NCBI GenBank assembly: GCA_964016885.1
Contig: OZ024740.1
Location: 247,938,001 to 248,002,000 of the forward strand
Length of the DNA stretch: 64,000 nucleotides
Reading direction: 5' to 3'
DNA from: Eledone cirrhosa
Taxonomy: Eukaryota
The notes below the pieces were generated by a model that worked only from the letters and a program-made list of their open reading frames with translations, was not told the origin of the DNA and searched no databases. Each line of letters begins with the position of its first letter. The stretch's first letter is position 1. The position numbers and the translations under genes were made by a program. Below are positions 49,450 to 62,265 of the stretch, in pieces.

Positions 49450-51215
49450 CTATAACAGATGAATTTAAGACTGGTTGACAGAATTAGAGAAGAAATTTCA
49501 GACATGGAGGCACAATATTGGAAATAAAAAGCCTTAAAGTCAACCTGGGAAAACCAAAATCCTAGTGAGCAGAAAAGAAAACATAGCTCTGATTCCCTCA
49601 GGTAAAATAGCCCTGCTCTGTATGCAGGAAAAGAGTAGGTAGAAACTCAATCTGGTGTCCTAAATTCAAACTGTGGGTACACAAGAGGTGTAGCAGGAAA
49701 TCAGGCAGGCTAGTAAAACACGGACTTCATATGTTGACGTTGCACAGAGACAGTAAGCAAAGACCCTCAGGGAACAGTAAGCTCCTTTAAATGCACAAAG
49801 AACCCTAGAGAAATAGTTAATAACTTCTGCTACCTGGATAACCAAATCAGCAGCAAAGGTAGATGCACAGAAAGTACAGTTCAGGATGGAAAGATCAGGA
49901 TGGAAAAAGTTCAGAGAGCTACTGCTGTTGCTAGCTACAAAAGGTCTCTCACTCATGATAAAAGGCAAGCTGAACAATGCCTGTGTGCACACACCAATTC
50001 TGCATGGAAGCGAAACATGGGCACTGCGTGCCAAGGATCTACAGAGATGGGAAAGAAATGAATCCGGCATTCTCCAATGGATGTTAACAGTAGTGTGCAT
50101 GAATGGCAAAATGTAAATGAATAGAGACCGAAACTGGGCATAAGAGGGATCAAATGGTGTGTGCAGGAGAGAAGACAACAGTGGTTTGAACATGTGATGC
50201 GCATGAAGGATGACAGATATATAAAAAAGTGCAGGTCACTGGAGGTTGTAGAATGCCCCGAAACAGGAAGACCTAGGAAAGGAAAATGTGGGATGTAACG
50301 ATAAAAGCCAACCTGGCTCAGCTAAACCTCTCAACAGAGATAACACAGGAGTGAGACCTCTGACATTACAACATATGACAAAAGACCCAAGCAGACAACC
50401 CAGCACAACCTACACCATAAATGTGGCCTGTACGCACAAGGCATGATGCGGCCAAATGGGTAGACCTCCCCCATAACATGACCACTCAACACCCAAATTA
50501 CAGTCCCGCTATAAGCAGGATATGGCGAAGCCATCTGGCCAGACTTGTCACATAACAAGACCACCCAGTTCCACACTGTAAACGCCATTGGTAATAGAAG
50601 GACATCAAGCTGTAAAAATCCCAACCAAAATACAGTCCTGTGTGAGCAAGCTATGATGTGGTTAACAGGACCACCCAGTTCCACACTGTAAACATGGTTG
50701 GTGTTAGGAAGGGCATCCAGCTATAAAAATCCCAGTCAAAATACAGTCCGGTATGAACAAGGCTTGGCGCAGCCAACTGGCCTGACCTCCCTCATAGTGG
50801 CACCATCCAGCTCCCAAATTATAGTTCCATTCTGAGCAGGGTTCCGTGTGGCCAACTAGCCAGGCCCTCTCATAACGGTGCCACCCAAGGCTCCACAATG
50901 AGTAAAGCTTGGTGCACCCAACAGACTAGACCTCCCTTATAGTGGGACCACCCAGCTCTCAAATAATGGTTCTGATGTGAGCAGCATACTGTGCGGTCAA
51001 CTAGCCAGGTCCTCCTCATAATGGTGCTACCCAGTTCCACCCTGTAACCATGGTTGGTGTTAGGAAGGGCATCCAGTTGTAAAAATCCCAGCCAAATTAC
51101 TGTTCCATCTGAGCGAGGTGAGGTGCGGCCAGCTGGCCAGACTTGTCACATGATGTGAGCAACCCGTCTAACCTATGGAAGCATGGAAAAATGGACATTA
51201 ATCAGTAATGATGTG
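49450..51215 (+). mobile_element. RTE (PHD-insert family) 3' half with an expanded repetitive 3'UTR
   Basis: KVNLGKTKILV, GWKKFRELL.LL..KG.SL..KG.L..ACV...LHGSETW; 3'UTR has several CCACCCAGTTCCACACTGTAA..GGTGTTAGGAAGGGCATCCAG units. Confidence 0.82.
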
Positions 51216-51524
51216 TGTGTGTGTCCAATACATGTGTATGCACACATATATTGGACACCATTGGTTCCAATGATCAGAATTCTAGTTGATGTGATCAACG
51301 GAACAGCCAGCTTGTGAAATTAATGTACAAGTGGTTGAGCATTCCAATGACAATGTGTACCCTTAATGTAATTCTCAGGGAAATTCAGTATGACACAGTG
51401 TCTGGCCCTTTGAATTTATAGTTACAACTCATTTTTGCCAGCTGAGTGAACTGGAGCAATGTGAAATAAAGTGTTTTGCTCAATTGTGAGCCAAATATCC
51501 AAATCACTAAGCTACATGTATATG

Positions 51525-52127
51525 TATAACGAAATACTCCTATATTTTACCAGCGAAGATTCGAAACCGAATCTGAGGTTTCTCGCCTCTGGGACCACCC
51601 ATTATTGGAAAGTTCCCACAATTGTCCTGTCAAGTCAACGATGATAAACATACATAACACTTGACCTCTGATCACAGCTTCCTGGGAGACGATATCCACA
51701 TGGCTGATCATAAATCAACCTCATATGCACATCCTACTAACTATAGCACTATTATAAATACAAGGAGTTAAGGAATCTAAAGACCAGAGATACCGAAGCA
51801 AGCAGCCCGTGTTAAGGTTCACGATGTAGCAGACCTTTCACGCTATCTCCCTCTCCTGGCCTCTCTGGTTATCACCTTCTCGGCCACAGACACAGACAGA
51901 CTCGAAGCAGCAGTCAGTGAGAGATAATCATGTAGGCATCAGCAGACCTTTTACACTAACTCGTAAAAGTTAGTCAACTGAATAATGTAGGGATAATTCA
52001 TGTCATAGATATTACTCGATGTTCAAGATGAATATTGTTGTTATAAAATAAACATTGTTAACAACACAATCATAGCATTATTCATTTCAACAAACACCCA
52101 TCAAAAGAATACCGATTTTCCGCTACA
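51525..52127 (+). mobile_element. Solo LTR (Gypsy-like, 603 bp)
   Basis: TATG 4-bp direct repeat on both sides (51521-51524, 52128-52131); ends TATAACG (mutated TGTAACG) ... CGCTACA; internal TATAAATA at 51753 and AATAAA at 52047. Confidence 0.7.
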
Positions 52128-53289
52128 TATGCATACACTCACACTCAGTAGATAATCGAGATAGATCAATAGCAAAAAAAAAAAAAAATGAAAAAAAAAC
52201 ACCATTGTCCAAAACATTATATAGCCAATACTTGTTTATATAGATTGTGGCTTGCTTTCCCTATATTACACACTTGTATAAACCACACCTATATTTTACA
52301 TACATTTACAATGTACCATATATTTTAGACAAAGGTTTTGTAGTTCCAGTAGATAAGACACATGCTGGGTTTTCTCACCATATTTTCATGGAAAAATATA
52401 CATGAGTATATATGGTTGTATATAAGTGGTAAGTACTAAGAGTACTAACAATACTCAGTGACAAACCAAATAATATATATATATAACCATAACAATATAT
52501 ACACCATCATCATCATCATCATTTTAATTTATGCTTCTCCATGCTTACTTGGGTTAGATGTGTCATCTCCATTACATCATCCCACTCTTTGATTCTTTCC
52601 TTTGTCATCTTTTTTCAGATTCAGCATCATGATATTGCTGTCACCATTTCTAACCAAGTCTTCTTTGACCTAACTGTACCACATCTTCCTTTCCCTCTCA
52701 TTTCTTGGCCCTTCTTTACTCAACTATCATCATCCATATGCATTACATCTGATTATTCTTATACATAGTTTTTCTTTAAACACATCTGTGCCTCACCATT
52801 CATGCATACTAACATTACACACTAACATTAAAACAATAACAACAACAATAGACAAAAATAACAATGTGCAACACCAGCAACAATAAAAACACTAAAAACA
52901 ATAACACCAAAAACAATACACAACAATACATAAGACAGAAACATTTTCTGTTAACCATTAAACATTGTATATGGATGACATCATTTTCTTTTTGTCTCTA
53001 TTAAGTACTGTTTGTTATTGTTGATGGTTCTTATTGTTTTTATATTTGTTGTTGTTCTTCTTCTTCTTGTGTTATATTTGTTGTTATTGTTATTGTTGTT
53101 GTCATAATGATATATTTATTGTGTTTTGAGTGGGGCTTTGATTTTGTTGTTATTATTCCATCTGGGCATACAGCAAAGTTAAGTGAAAAATGTCATAAAT
53201 TCCAAGAACCCTTTAAAATAACAGAGATAATGTCTTGGTGCTGATGGGTGGCTTGGTAGGGGTGTGCTTCATTGACATCCAACGATAAC

Positions 53290-53580
53290 AATAATAATTG
53301 TTTCTACTTTTGGCACAAGGCCAGCAATTATACCAGTGTATTACTGGTACTTTATTTTATCGACCCCGTAAGGATGAAAGGCAATAATAATAATTGTTTC
53401 TACTTTAGGCACAAGGCCAGCAATTACCCAGTGCAATACTGGTACTTTATTTTATCGACCCCGTAAGGATGAAAGGCAAAGTCAACCTCGGCAGGATTTG
53501 AACTCAGATCGTAAAGGGACGTAACTATGCTGGAAAGCATGGTGTCCGACCCTCTACCGATACTGCCAATCCACCACCCT
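53290..53580 (-). mobile_element. tRNA-derived SINE with partially duplicated tail (same family as 23020-23425)
   Basis: TGTTTCTACTTT.GGCACAAGGCCAGCAATT..TACTGGTACTTTATTTTATCGACCCCGTAAGGATGAAAGGCAA occurs twice, then GGATTTGAACTCAG. Confidence 0.85.
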
Positions 53581-54356
53581 GGTAGATTGGAATGATAACA
53601 GTAATAATGATGTTGATGGTGATAGTAGTGGGAGATAGTGGAGGGTAAGAGTGGTGGTGAGGATGGTGATAATAATAATTGTAAAGTGGTTGGTGTTAGG
53701 AAGGGCTATTAATCATTAAAAAAAAAACATCAGTCATTGAAGTTGTCACTGATGTTTTGTTGCTGCTGTTGTTATTCTTGTTGCTGTTTTTGTTGTTTAC
53801 AAAATTCTCAATTTTAAAGTGCATTTGATACACAACATTTTCTTTTTATTGGAAAGGAATGATAGTGGTGATGGCAATGGTATTGACAATGAAAATGATG
53901 GTGGTGGTGGTGGTGCTGGTGGTGATAATGATGATTAAGATGGGAGGAAGAGGAGGGCTAATAAAGGTAAATCTAAAATAATAACAACATATGAAGTATA
54001 TTTCCTCAAGAAATACTATTTCTATCCTGAGCACTTCAAGTAAATCACACATCCACACACACACATACATACATACAGGCATTCACATGCAGAGCCACAC
54101 AAATACTCATACATATGTGTACACAAATGCAACCACATTTATGCATGTACACATACATACATGCATACACAGACACATGCACTGTCTCACACACACATAC
54201 ACATGAACAATCACATACACTCATACACATATGTACATTCAAACATGAACACATTCACAAAAATTACACATGCACATTTACACACATACACACACATCAT
54301 ACATGCATATATTCACATGTACTCACACAAGGGCACACTCATACACATTCATGTGT

Positions 54357-54399
<43 letters not shown>

Positions 54400-54954
54400 T
54401 ACACATACACAATATGCCTTTTTACCTTTATTTGATCACAAGGTAATAAAGTGGCCCAGGATGTCATGGGAAAGATGAAATTGAAACAAGAAAGACTTGC
54501 GCAGAAAGCACAAGATACTATGAAAACTGAATGAACATATACCAACCTTGAAGCCACTAAGTACTCTACTACTTTAACCCCTGTGAGAAGCTTAGCAGGA
54601 TGTCAGTGGTTTCCATTGGGCCTTCCAAAATTCTTTATTTGATGTGGAAGAAGATTTGGGATAAGATACACCAGCTGATAAGGAAGCTTCATAAGCTATA
54701 ACCATTAGGCTGAGTCCTTGTTTTAACTGGCAGTAAGTATCTGTTAGGAAATGTTTTCCAACTGTGCCCTCTGACAAACAGCATCACTATATACCATTCA
54801 TCATAATTGTACATATGTTTTCCATTCTGGCATGAGTTAGATGAGTTGTTATGGTCCGAGTCAGTTTGTATTTGGAGTTACAGGGAATTATGTCATGCTC
54901 CTACTTCCATTTTTGACATGGTTCCTACAACTGGATGTCTTTCCTAACACCATT

Positions 54955-55265
54955 CAATTTACAGAGTGATCCTGGTGCATTTTATCATGCCGCCATCATT
55001 AAAGAAGTTTTCATATCTTTGGTAAGACTAAAGAGTTCTCTCTAGCCTACACTGTCACTGTTTAATCTTACAGGGTATACTAGGTGCATTTTATCATGGT
55101 ACCAACACTAGAAAGGTTGTCATATCCTTGACAAGACTAAAACATTCTTTCTACCCTACATTGTCACCATTTGATTATCAACCATTATACAAAGTGTATT
55201 TAGTTCATTTTATCATGGCACCAGCAATAGAGAGGTTGCCATGCACTTGATAAGACTAAAGGGTC
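54955..55265. repeat. Three diverged ~120-bp tandem units
   Basis: TACA.AGTG..T.G.T.CATTTTATCATG..CCA.CA.TA.A.A.GTT..CAT..C.TTG..AAGACTAAA repeated three times. Confidence 0.75.
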
Positions 55266-55666
55266 CTTACTGTTCTTGTTTCATCATCAGACTGTAGAAA
55301 CAGATAAAGAATCAGAATGGAAAACAATAACACATGGTTAGAATTAACGTTTTACATCCATTTTTTCATGCTTGCATGTGTTGGCTGAAGCACAAACCTT
55401 ACTCTGGTTTGGTGTGACATTAAGTGACTTAGAGTATAATGGATAACAGCCTGTCATTGAGCTAACCCCCAGCTACTGCTGCTGCTGGTACTCATTTTTA
55501 GCAGAATGAATTGGAAGAATGTGAAGTGCACTGTTTTACACAAAGGCACGTCGCTTGATATAGGAATCAAACTTACGACTTTATGATTGTGAGCCCAACA
55601 CATTAACCACTACACCACATGCTTTCACGACTACACAGAATGTGATCCAAATAAAAAGATACTTAC

Positions 55667-55851
55667 AGAGAAAACCATACTGAAAGACCAAGGATCAGTA
55701 GGTTTTTCTGCATGTGAGTAATATATGAAGTAAACTCTCTGGTCAGCATATTCAGGAACTTTAGCCAGTAAAGGGGCTTTTTCACTGAAAGACCATGATG
55801 TTAGGTCTATTTGTCGGTGAGGCATCACAAATATGGTCATGTGATCTGGAC
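55667..55851 (-). CDS. ERMP1: ERMP1-like, penultimate coding exon
   Basis: TAG|GT CCA GAT CAC ATG..: (G)PDHMTIFVMPHRQIDLTSWSF..YFIYYSHAEKPTDPWSFSMVFS|GTAAGT; resembles ERMP1 GPSHMS..WSL..YFVFYSHG..WQF. 185 nt, phase 1 to 0. Confidence 0.92.
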
Positions 55852-56796
55852 CTAGAATGGCAAAAAAATAATGTTTCAGTAAATATGTATGTAATATACA
55901 CTCACATATGCTATTATACATAGATACAAATGTCCTTAATAAAGCCTTCAACTAATCAATGCCTTGTGAGTGAAATTTAATAAACAGAAACTGTGTGATA
56001 GTCTGTCATGTGTATGCATATATGTGTATGTGTGTAAATCCATAACCATGAGTAGGGCCCAATTCCAGGTACTATCAACCAAAGCCAGCTGAGCCCATGA
56101 CTTGTGTAAAGTTAAGGTTGTCACACCCTGTAGTAATAACTATTGGGGCAAGAGAAACTCAGACGAAAATTACTATAATATAATTATCCTGTAATGATGG
56201 ATCCTCTGTCATTTTTTTACTGATATTCCAATTGTTTGATCCACTGAACATCTATCTCATTAAATTATCATGTGGTTGAGTATTCCACAAACACATGAAC
56301 CGAAAATGTAATTCCCAAGCTGAATTAGCCTGCCACTGTGTATTACAAGTACAATCCACAGTTTCAATCTACCCAATTACACTCATACGACTAAGGTCAA
56401 AGATAATTGCCTAATATACCATGCAGTAGGATCGAACACAGGACGATATCTATTGCAATTATCTTATATACAATGTACTTATTTTTAGATGTTTCTAATG
56501 ACGTAGCAAAATAGTTTTGAAGCCTGAAGTTTTTCAATGGAAGTTGAAAAAAAAAATGTTGAATAAAAAAATTAATATTCAAGTGCAATAACTGTGAATG
56601 ATTTATCTCCCTTTAGACGATTACTGTTTCTTTACGTCCTGTAAATTGAGAATTCGACAAAGGGAGATGATAAAATAAGTACCAGACTAGAAAATATTAA
56701 TGCTTGTATGCAGGCATTATATAATCTACCATTCACTCAGAATGAGAATCTATTCATTGCCAGCACACATATGGGGTGGTGATCATTAACACCTAC

Positions 56797-56912
56797 CTAT
56801 AACTGAGAATGTTAGTTCCATCTCTGTAGCAGAAAGTCTCTGCCGACTTTCCAGTTTAACTTCAACTGAAGGGGAACGTAATTCTGTGTCTAGTAAGATG
56901 TAGGCAGATTTC
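56797..56912 (-). CDS. ERMP1: ERMP1-like internal exon (absent from the ORF track)
   Basis: TAG|G AAA TCT GCC..: (R)KSAYILLDTELRSPSVEVKLESRQRLSATEMELTFSVI(G)|GTAGGT. 116 nt, phase 2 to 1, exactly bridging the flanking exons; resembles RKNWYL..LTFEATG. Confidence 0.88.
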
Positions 56913-57776
56913 CTATATGGAAAAAAGAAACAGTAAGAAATGACAATGAGAGTGACATATAACTATGAAGTTTAGCTTTTCAGATGCAATTGGAATAAGA
57001 ATAGAAGATGAGAAAATGTATATCTGGATAGAGAGCCAATGATGAGAAAAGTAAAAATATATATGGTGTATCCTGTTTATGAGCACAAATCTTTGTGTGC
57101 AGGAATGGCTGTGTGGTTAAGAAGCTTGCTTCACAATGATACAGTTCTAGGTTTTAACTCATGAACAACACCTTGGACAAAGGTCTTCCACAATAACCTC
57201 AGGTTAAACAATATCTTAAGAGAAAAGATTTGGTAGCTAGAAATAAAATGGTAATGTGTTGTGCATACATGTGTGCATGTGTGTTTGTGCGTGTATGCAT
57301 GCACGCGCATGTGTATATTGATGTATATAGGCAAACGATGTACAAATTGGGAAAAAATAATAAACCATCAAGATATTTATTCCACCTGAGTTACACAGTA
57401 ACTTCCTTGTTACTCTCACCATTTTAAATACAAAAAAAAAGAAGAAAAAAACCATGATTAGCCCATTTGTAGCACAATACTATTGTTCACAACATGCATG
57501 GCATAAAATAGAAATAAATATAATAAATAAATATGTCCTGCTAAAGTCAGTTTTAATATTCCTTCCAGGATCAGTGAAATAAATACCAATAATATACTGA
57601 TATATAGTCAATCACTGACAGTCCTACCTCCCTTGCATCTAAATTGTCATCATTATTATCATCATTTAACACTCGTTTTCTCTGCCAGAAAGGATGGGAC
57701 AGGTTTTCACAGACAGTCAGTACTCAAGTAGGGAAATTAAATGGGGAAATTAATTGTATGTGCACTGATTGATTAC

Positions 57777-57982
57777 CTGATATCAATAATCCATAGCATG
57801 GGATAATAATACGGCCATCCACAGTAGGGTCCTTCACATTTCATCTCTACATTGTTTTTGAAAGTTTCTGGTTGTGCTTTCTGGATCCCTTTTAGACCAT
57901 TGTGATCTAGGGACATAAACCAAATGCCGGAATCTGTATGGATTACATTTCCTTGCTCATTATGAAATCGTCTTCGAATATG
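57777..57982 (-). CDS. ERMP1: ERMP1-like internal exon
   Basis: CAG|HIRRRFHNEQGNVIHTDSGIWFMSLDHNG..CEGPYCGWPYYYPMLWIIDI(R)|GTAATC; resembles ERMP1 H..RTFH..GN...DSGIW..C..P.CGFPWYLP. 206 nt, phase 0 to 2. Confidence 0.93.
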
Positions 57983-58952
57983 CTGTGAAGGAAGAAAACA
58001 GACAGAGAATAAAATATAATTCATAAACAACTACTGATTTAAAAAGCATTGGGAAAAAACAAACACAGACACTGCCTTTCTCTGATTTTTCCATTTCCAG
58101 TGGAACTTTACATGATTTTCTCAACTACTGTTTATAGTAATCCACTATTATTGTAGTCAATTTTTGCATTGAGATGACTACCTTTCAAATAATTCATAAA
58201 GAAGAACATGAAATTATGACAATACCTGCCTTTACTATTTATTATTTTTTTAATAGCTTATTTAAAGAAGGAAGGGCAGGACCCATGACTCTTCTAAGGA
58301 GACTCCATGACTGATGGAAGGTAATTACCCTCACATTGGAAATTAGTCCTAAATGCTAAAGATACCATGAGACTGTTGGTGGTGCTATATAATCTTTTTA
58401 CATCATCATCTTTGCCTTTTTAGTAGTTTATTGTCAACATGGATTTGTTATGAAGTAGAAATGGCAACAATTGATCTGTAGCAAAATTATCCTTGGGTTA
58501 AATTTGCTGTGGAACAAAAATGTGGCATGTCAGCATATTTTTCTATCATAAGCTATATTCATCAATTCAAATGAAAATAACTATGACAGCACCTAAAGAT
58601 ATATAAGCCACATATTCTTGCCTCTTTTCTCTCAGATTGGACAAACAGGCATTGGATGTAGCAATTGGCAGTAATGGCTGGCACTGCTACAGCCATGCCA
58701 TGCCATGCCACAAGGTTAGTAAAGACAGACATCAAGATAAACTTTTTTCCACAGTGTATGTCTCTCTGTAATACATCCACTACATCTAAATGCATGTACG
58801 TCAACAAAAATACTCTTCTTCTATGAACGCTATATTGTACTGATATGTTAAGGAAAACACACTTATTCTTATTTTGAACTTTTGCATATTTCTGTTGTGT
58901 TATTGTTTGTCACAGGGTTGCATCAAATTCCAAGTCAAGAAATCTATCTATC

Positions 58953-61618
58953 TATCTATATACTACTAAAACTCTGTGATTGCTTGCTTGCTTGTCTGTA
59001 ATGTAATGCAGCCAAAAGGGCGCATAATGGGAAAATACTTTGAAAGGAAGTTGACCCTGAAATGGAAATACAAATGGAATACAAGTTTCGCGTAAATTGG
59101 AGCACGGGTTCCCAAGATATGGGGCTTTTCCGGATACCTCCATAAACAGAGAGAGAAAGAGAAAGATAGAGAGAAAGAGATAGTGGTTGTGAGAGAGTAG
59201 ATTGAAAGAGAGACATAGAGAGAGGGACAGGAGACAGAGAAGGAGAATGGAAGAGAGAGTTGATGGTGTTGTTGTGTGTATATATGTGAGAGTGTGTGTA
59301 TATATATATGTATTCCGTCTCCTGCACCCCTATCATATCAGATATGGAAGCCCAAGTCCAACATAATTCCGTCCCCCACACCCCTTGTTGTGACAAAGTA
59401 TCTGTCTAATAGAAGGACTGGCTGTGCAAGTTAATGGTAGTGTAGTAAGTAAGGCAATCAAAAATATGAAGACAGGCAAGGCAGCTGGGCCTTCGGAGAT
59501 AGTTGCTGAAATGTTGAAGATATCTGGAATTGTGGGACATACTATGGTTACCCGGATAGTAAACCAAGTAATACAGAATGGGGTCATCCAAATGACTGGC
59601 GTAGCAGCAGCATCATCAACTGTTACAAGGGCAAAGGAGACGCCCTGGAAAGAGGAAACTATAGGGGTATTAAATTAGTTGGCCAAGTCATGAAAGTCAC
59701 AGAAAGAGTTATTACTGAACTGATTAGAGACCAAATTGATCTAGATGAAATGCAGTTTGGGTTTGTGCCAGGTAAAAGTACCACGGATGCTCTTTTCCTT
59801 GTATGACAATTACAGGAGAAGTACCTTGCTAACAGTAAACCCCTCTACTTAGCTTTTGTTGACCTGGAGAAGGCCTTTGACAGAACCCACGCACCTTAAT
59901 CTGGTGGGCTCTTAGAAAACTATGAGTAGAAGAATGGCTTGTGAGAGCTATACAAGCCATGTATAGAGGAACAGTTTGCAAGGTTAGAATTAACGATGAA
60001 TATAGTGATGAATTTAGCGTAATAGTAGGGGTTCAGCAGGGCTCTGTTCTTATCCCCCCCCCCCCTGTTTATTATTGTCCCACAGGCTATATCAGAGGGG
60101 TTTAAGACTGGCTGCCCATGGGAACTTCTATATGCAGATGATCTAACTCTCATAGCTGAATCCAGGGCTGAACTAGAGAGGAAGTTCCAAACATGGAAGC
60201 ATGGCCTTAGAGTCAACTTGTCTAAGAGTAACGTTCTAGTATGTAGAAAGGAGAATAGGGCACAGGTACCCTCTGGGAAATGGCCATGCTCAGTGCGTAA
60301 GAAAGGAGTGGGAAGAAGCTCTATTCTATGCTCCAAATGCAAACTATGGATACATAAAAGATGTAGTGGGATCAGAGGTAAGCTATCTAAGAATGTAGAT
60401 TTTATATGTGGCCGATGCTCAGGTGCAGTAAGTAGCAAGGACCCACTGGATGATATCTCCTTCAACTGTCCAGATGGTTCTTTAGAAATAATAGATACCT
60501 TCTGTTACCTGGGTAATAAAATCAGCAGTGGAGGAGTGTGCTCTGAAAGTGTAGTAACCAGAGTTAAAACGGGATGGAAAAAGTTCAGAGAGCTAATACT
60601 GCTGTTGGCTACAAGGGGTTGTTCTCTAAAAATGAAAGGCAGATTGTATAATACATGTATACAAACAGCGATATTACATGGTAGTGAGACTTGGGCATTG
60701 TGTGCTGAAAACCTGCGTAGATTAGAAAGAAGTGAAGCTTGCATGCTCTGATGGATGTGTAATAGTAATGTGCGCGAAAGGCAAAGCATAAACAAATTAA
60801 GAAGGAGACTAAGCATAAGAGGTATAAAATGTTGTGTTCTGGAGAGGAGACTGTGTTGGTATGGACAGTGATGCGTATGAAAGAAGACAGCTCTATAAAA
60901 AAGTGCAGGCCAATGAAAATTGATGAAAGTTACGGAGTGGGTAGACCAAGAAAAACCTAGGACGAGGTGATAAAAACTGACCTTGCTCACCTATACCTCT
61001 CTAAGACAATGTCACTGGAGACCTTTGGCGCCATACAGTTGTACAGAAGACCCGACTGCCATTGCATATAAACATAGTCACTAGGCACCTCTTAACCTAA
61101 TGTACACCCCACCCCAATACCTCTACCCCATCCTCCTTCTCCCGTTCCGTCCACTGTGTTGATGACACAACAGTCCACACTGTAAGATGACCGTGTAGAA
61201 AACACGGTGAAAAGGCTCCCAGTCCACACGGTAAATGTGGTTGGTGTTAGAAAGGGCATCCAGCTGTAAAAAACCTGCCAGAGGCACTTCCGTGCGAGCA
61301 AGACGCACTCTCCCGATCATTCCCGCATCAAATGGAACAAAACCGTCTAACCCATGCTAACGTGGAAGATGGACATTAAATGATGATGATGATATATAGA
61401 TATGTATGTGTGTGTGTAAGTGTGTGTTTGTCTGTGACCAGTGTATATAGGTCACAGACACACACGCATATATATATATATATGTATACACACACACATA
61501 TACATATATATATGGGCCTTCCAATTTCATTTTACATTATATACATGTCTGTGTATATTTTAATTATTTAAAAATTATTTTTAAGGGAACATGACCCAAC
61601 AGGTCACGGGTGGTCTAG
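58953..61618 (+). mobile_element. Non-autonomous Helitron interrupted by an RTE insertion
   Basis: A|TC 5' end (TCTCTATATACTACTAAAA..GCTTGCTTGTCTG); 3' hairpin TGACC-CAACA-GGTCA then CTAG|T at 61615-61619. Confidence 0.8.
59400..61393 (+). mobile_element. 5'-truncated RTE retrotransposon (PHD-insert family) nested in the Helitron
   Basis: KTGKAAGPSEIVAEMLK, NYRGIKL, MQFGFVPG, FVDLEKAFDR, GVQQGSVL, ELLYADDL, WPC..GVG..SILCSKCKLWIHKRCSG..FICGRC, FCYLG, LHGSETW; (GAT)n tail. Confidence 0.92.
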
Positions 61619-61965
61619 TATATTACTAAAACTCTGTGATTGCTTGCTTGCTTGTCTGTAATGTAATACAGCCAAAAGGGTGCATAATGGGAAAATACTT
61701 TGAAAGGAAGTTGACCCTGAAATGGAATAAAACAAGTTTCGCGTAAATCGGAGCTTAGGTTACCAAGATATGAGGTTTTTACAGGTACCTTCATAAACAG
61801 AGAGAGAAAGAGAAAGATAGAGAGAAAGAGATAGTGGTTGTGAGAGAGTAGATTGAAAGAGAGACACAGAGAGAGGGAGAGGAGACAGAGAAGGAGGATA
61901 GAAAAGAGAGAGAGTTGGTGGTGTTGCTGTGTGTATATATATATATATATATATATGTGTGAGTG
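61619..61965 (+). mobile_element. Second copy of the same Helitron 5' region (direct repeat of ~58959-59310)
   Basis: TATATTACTAAAACTCTGTGATTGCTTGCTTGCTTGTCTGTAATG.. is collinear with the first copy for ~350 bp. Confidence 0.88.
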
Positions 61966-62109
61966 TGTCATCATCATCATCATCTTCGTTTGCAATGTAC
62001 CCAGAAAACAATAGGCTGGATCATGTCTGGAATGGCTCTGATCATACGTCAAATCAATCATGACTGATCCGGGGCTAAACAGTAACAACAAAAAAAAATG
62101 AAGTCTTAC

Positions 62110-62265
62110 CTTCATCATGAGACGTTGATAAGCTGGTTTCTTGTCATCAAGGCTGTAAGGGAATCCATAATCAGTGAAAAACACCACTGAGACACCAATA
62201 AGAGAGATTACAGATAAAATGCCAACAATTTTTTTCAGATCACTGCTGACTATCCATATATTAGC
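62110..62265 (-). CDS. ERMP1: ERMP1-like exon containing the last transmembrane helix
   Basis: Poly-T CAG|ANIWIVSSDLKKIVGILSVISLIGVSVVFFTDYGFPYSLDDKKPAYQRLMMK|GTAAGA. 156 nt, phase 0/0; hydrophobic segment and FPYS..P..R motif as in ERMP1. Upstream exons presumably lie beyond the window. Confidence 0.9.
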
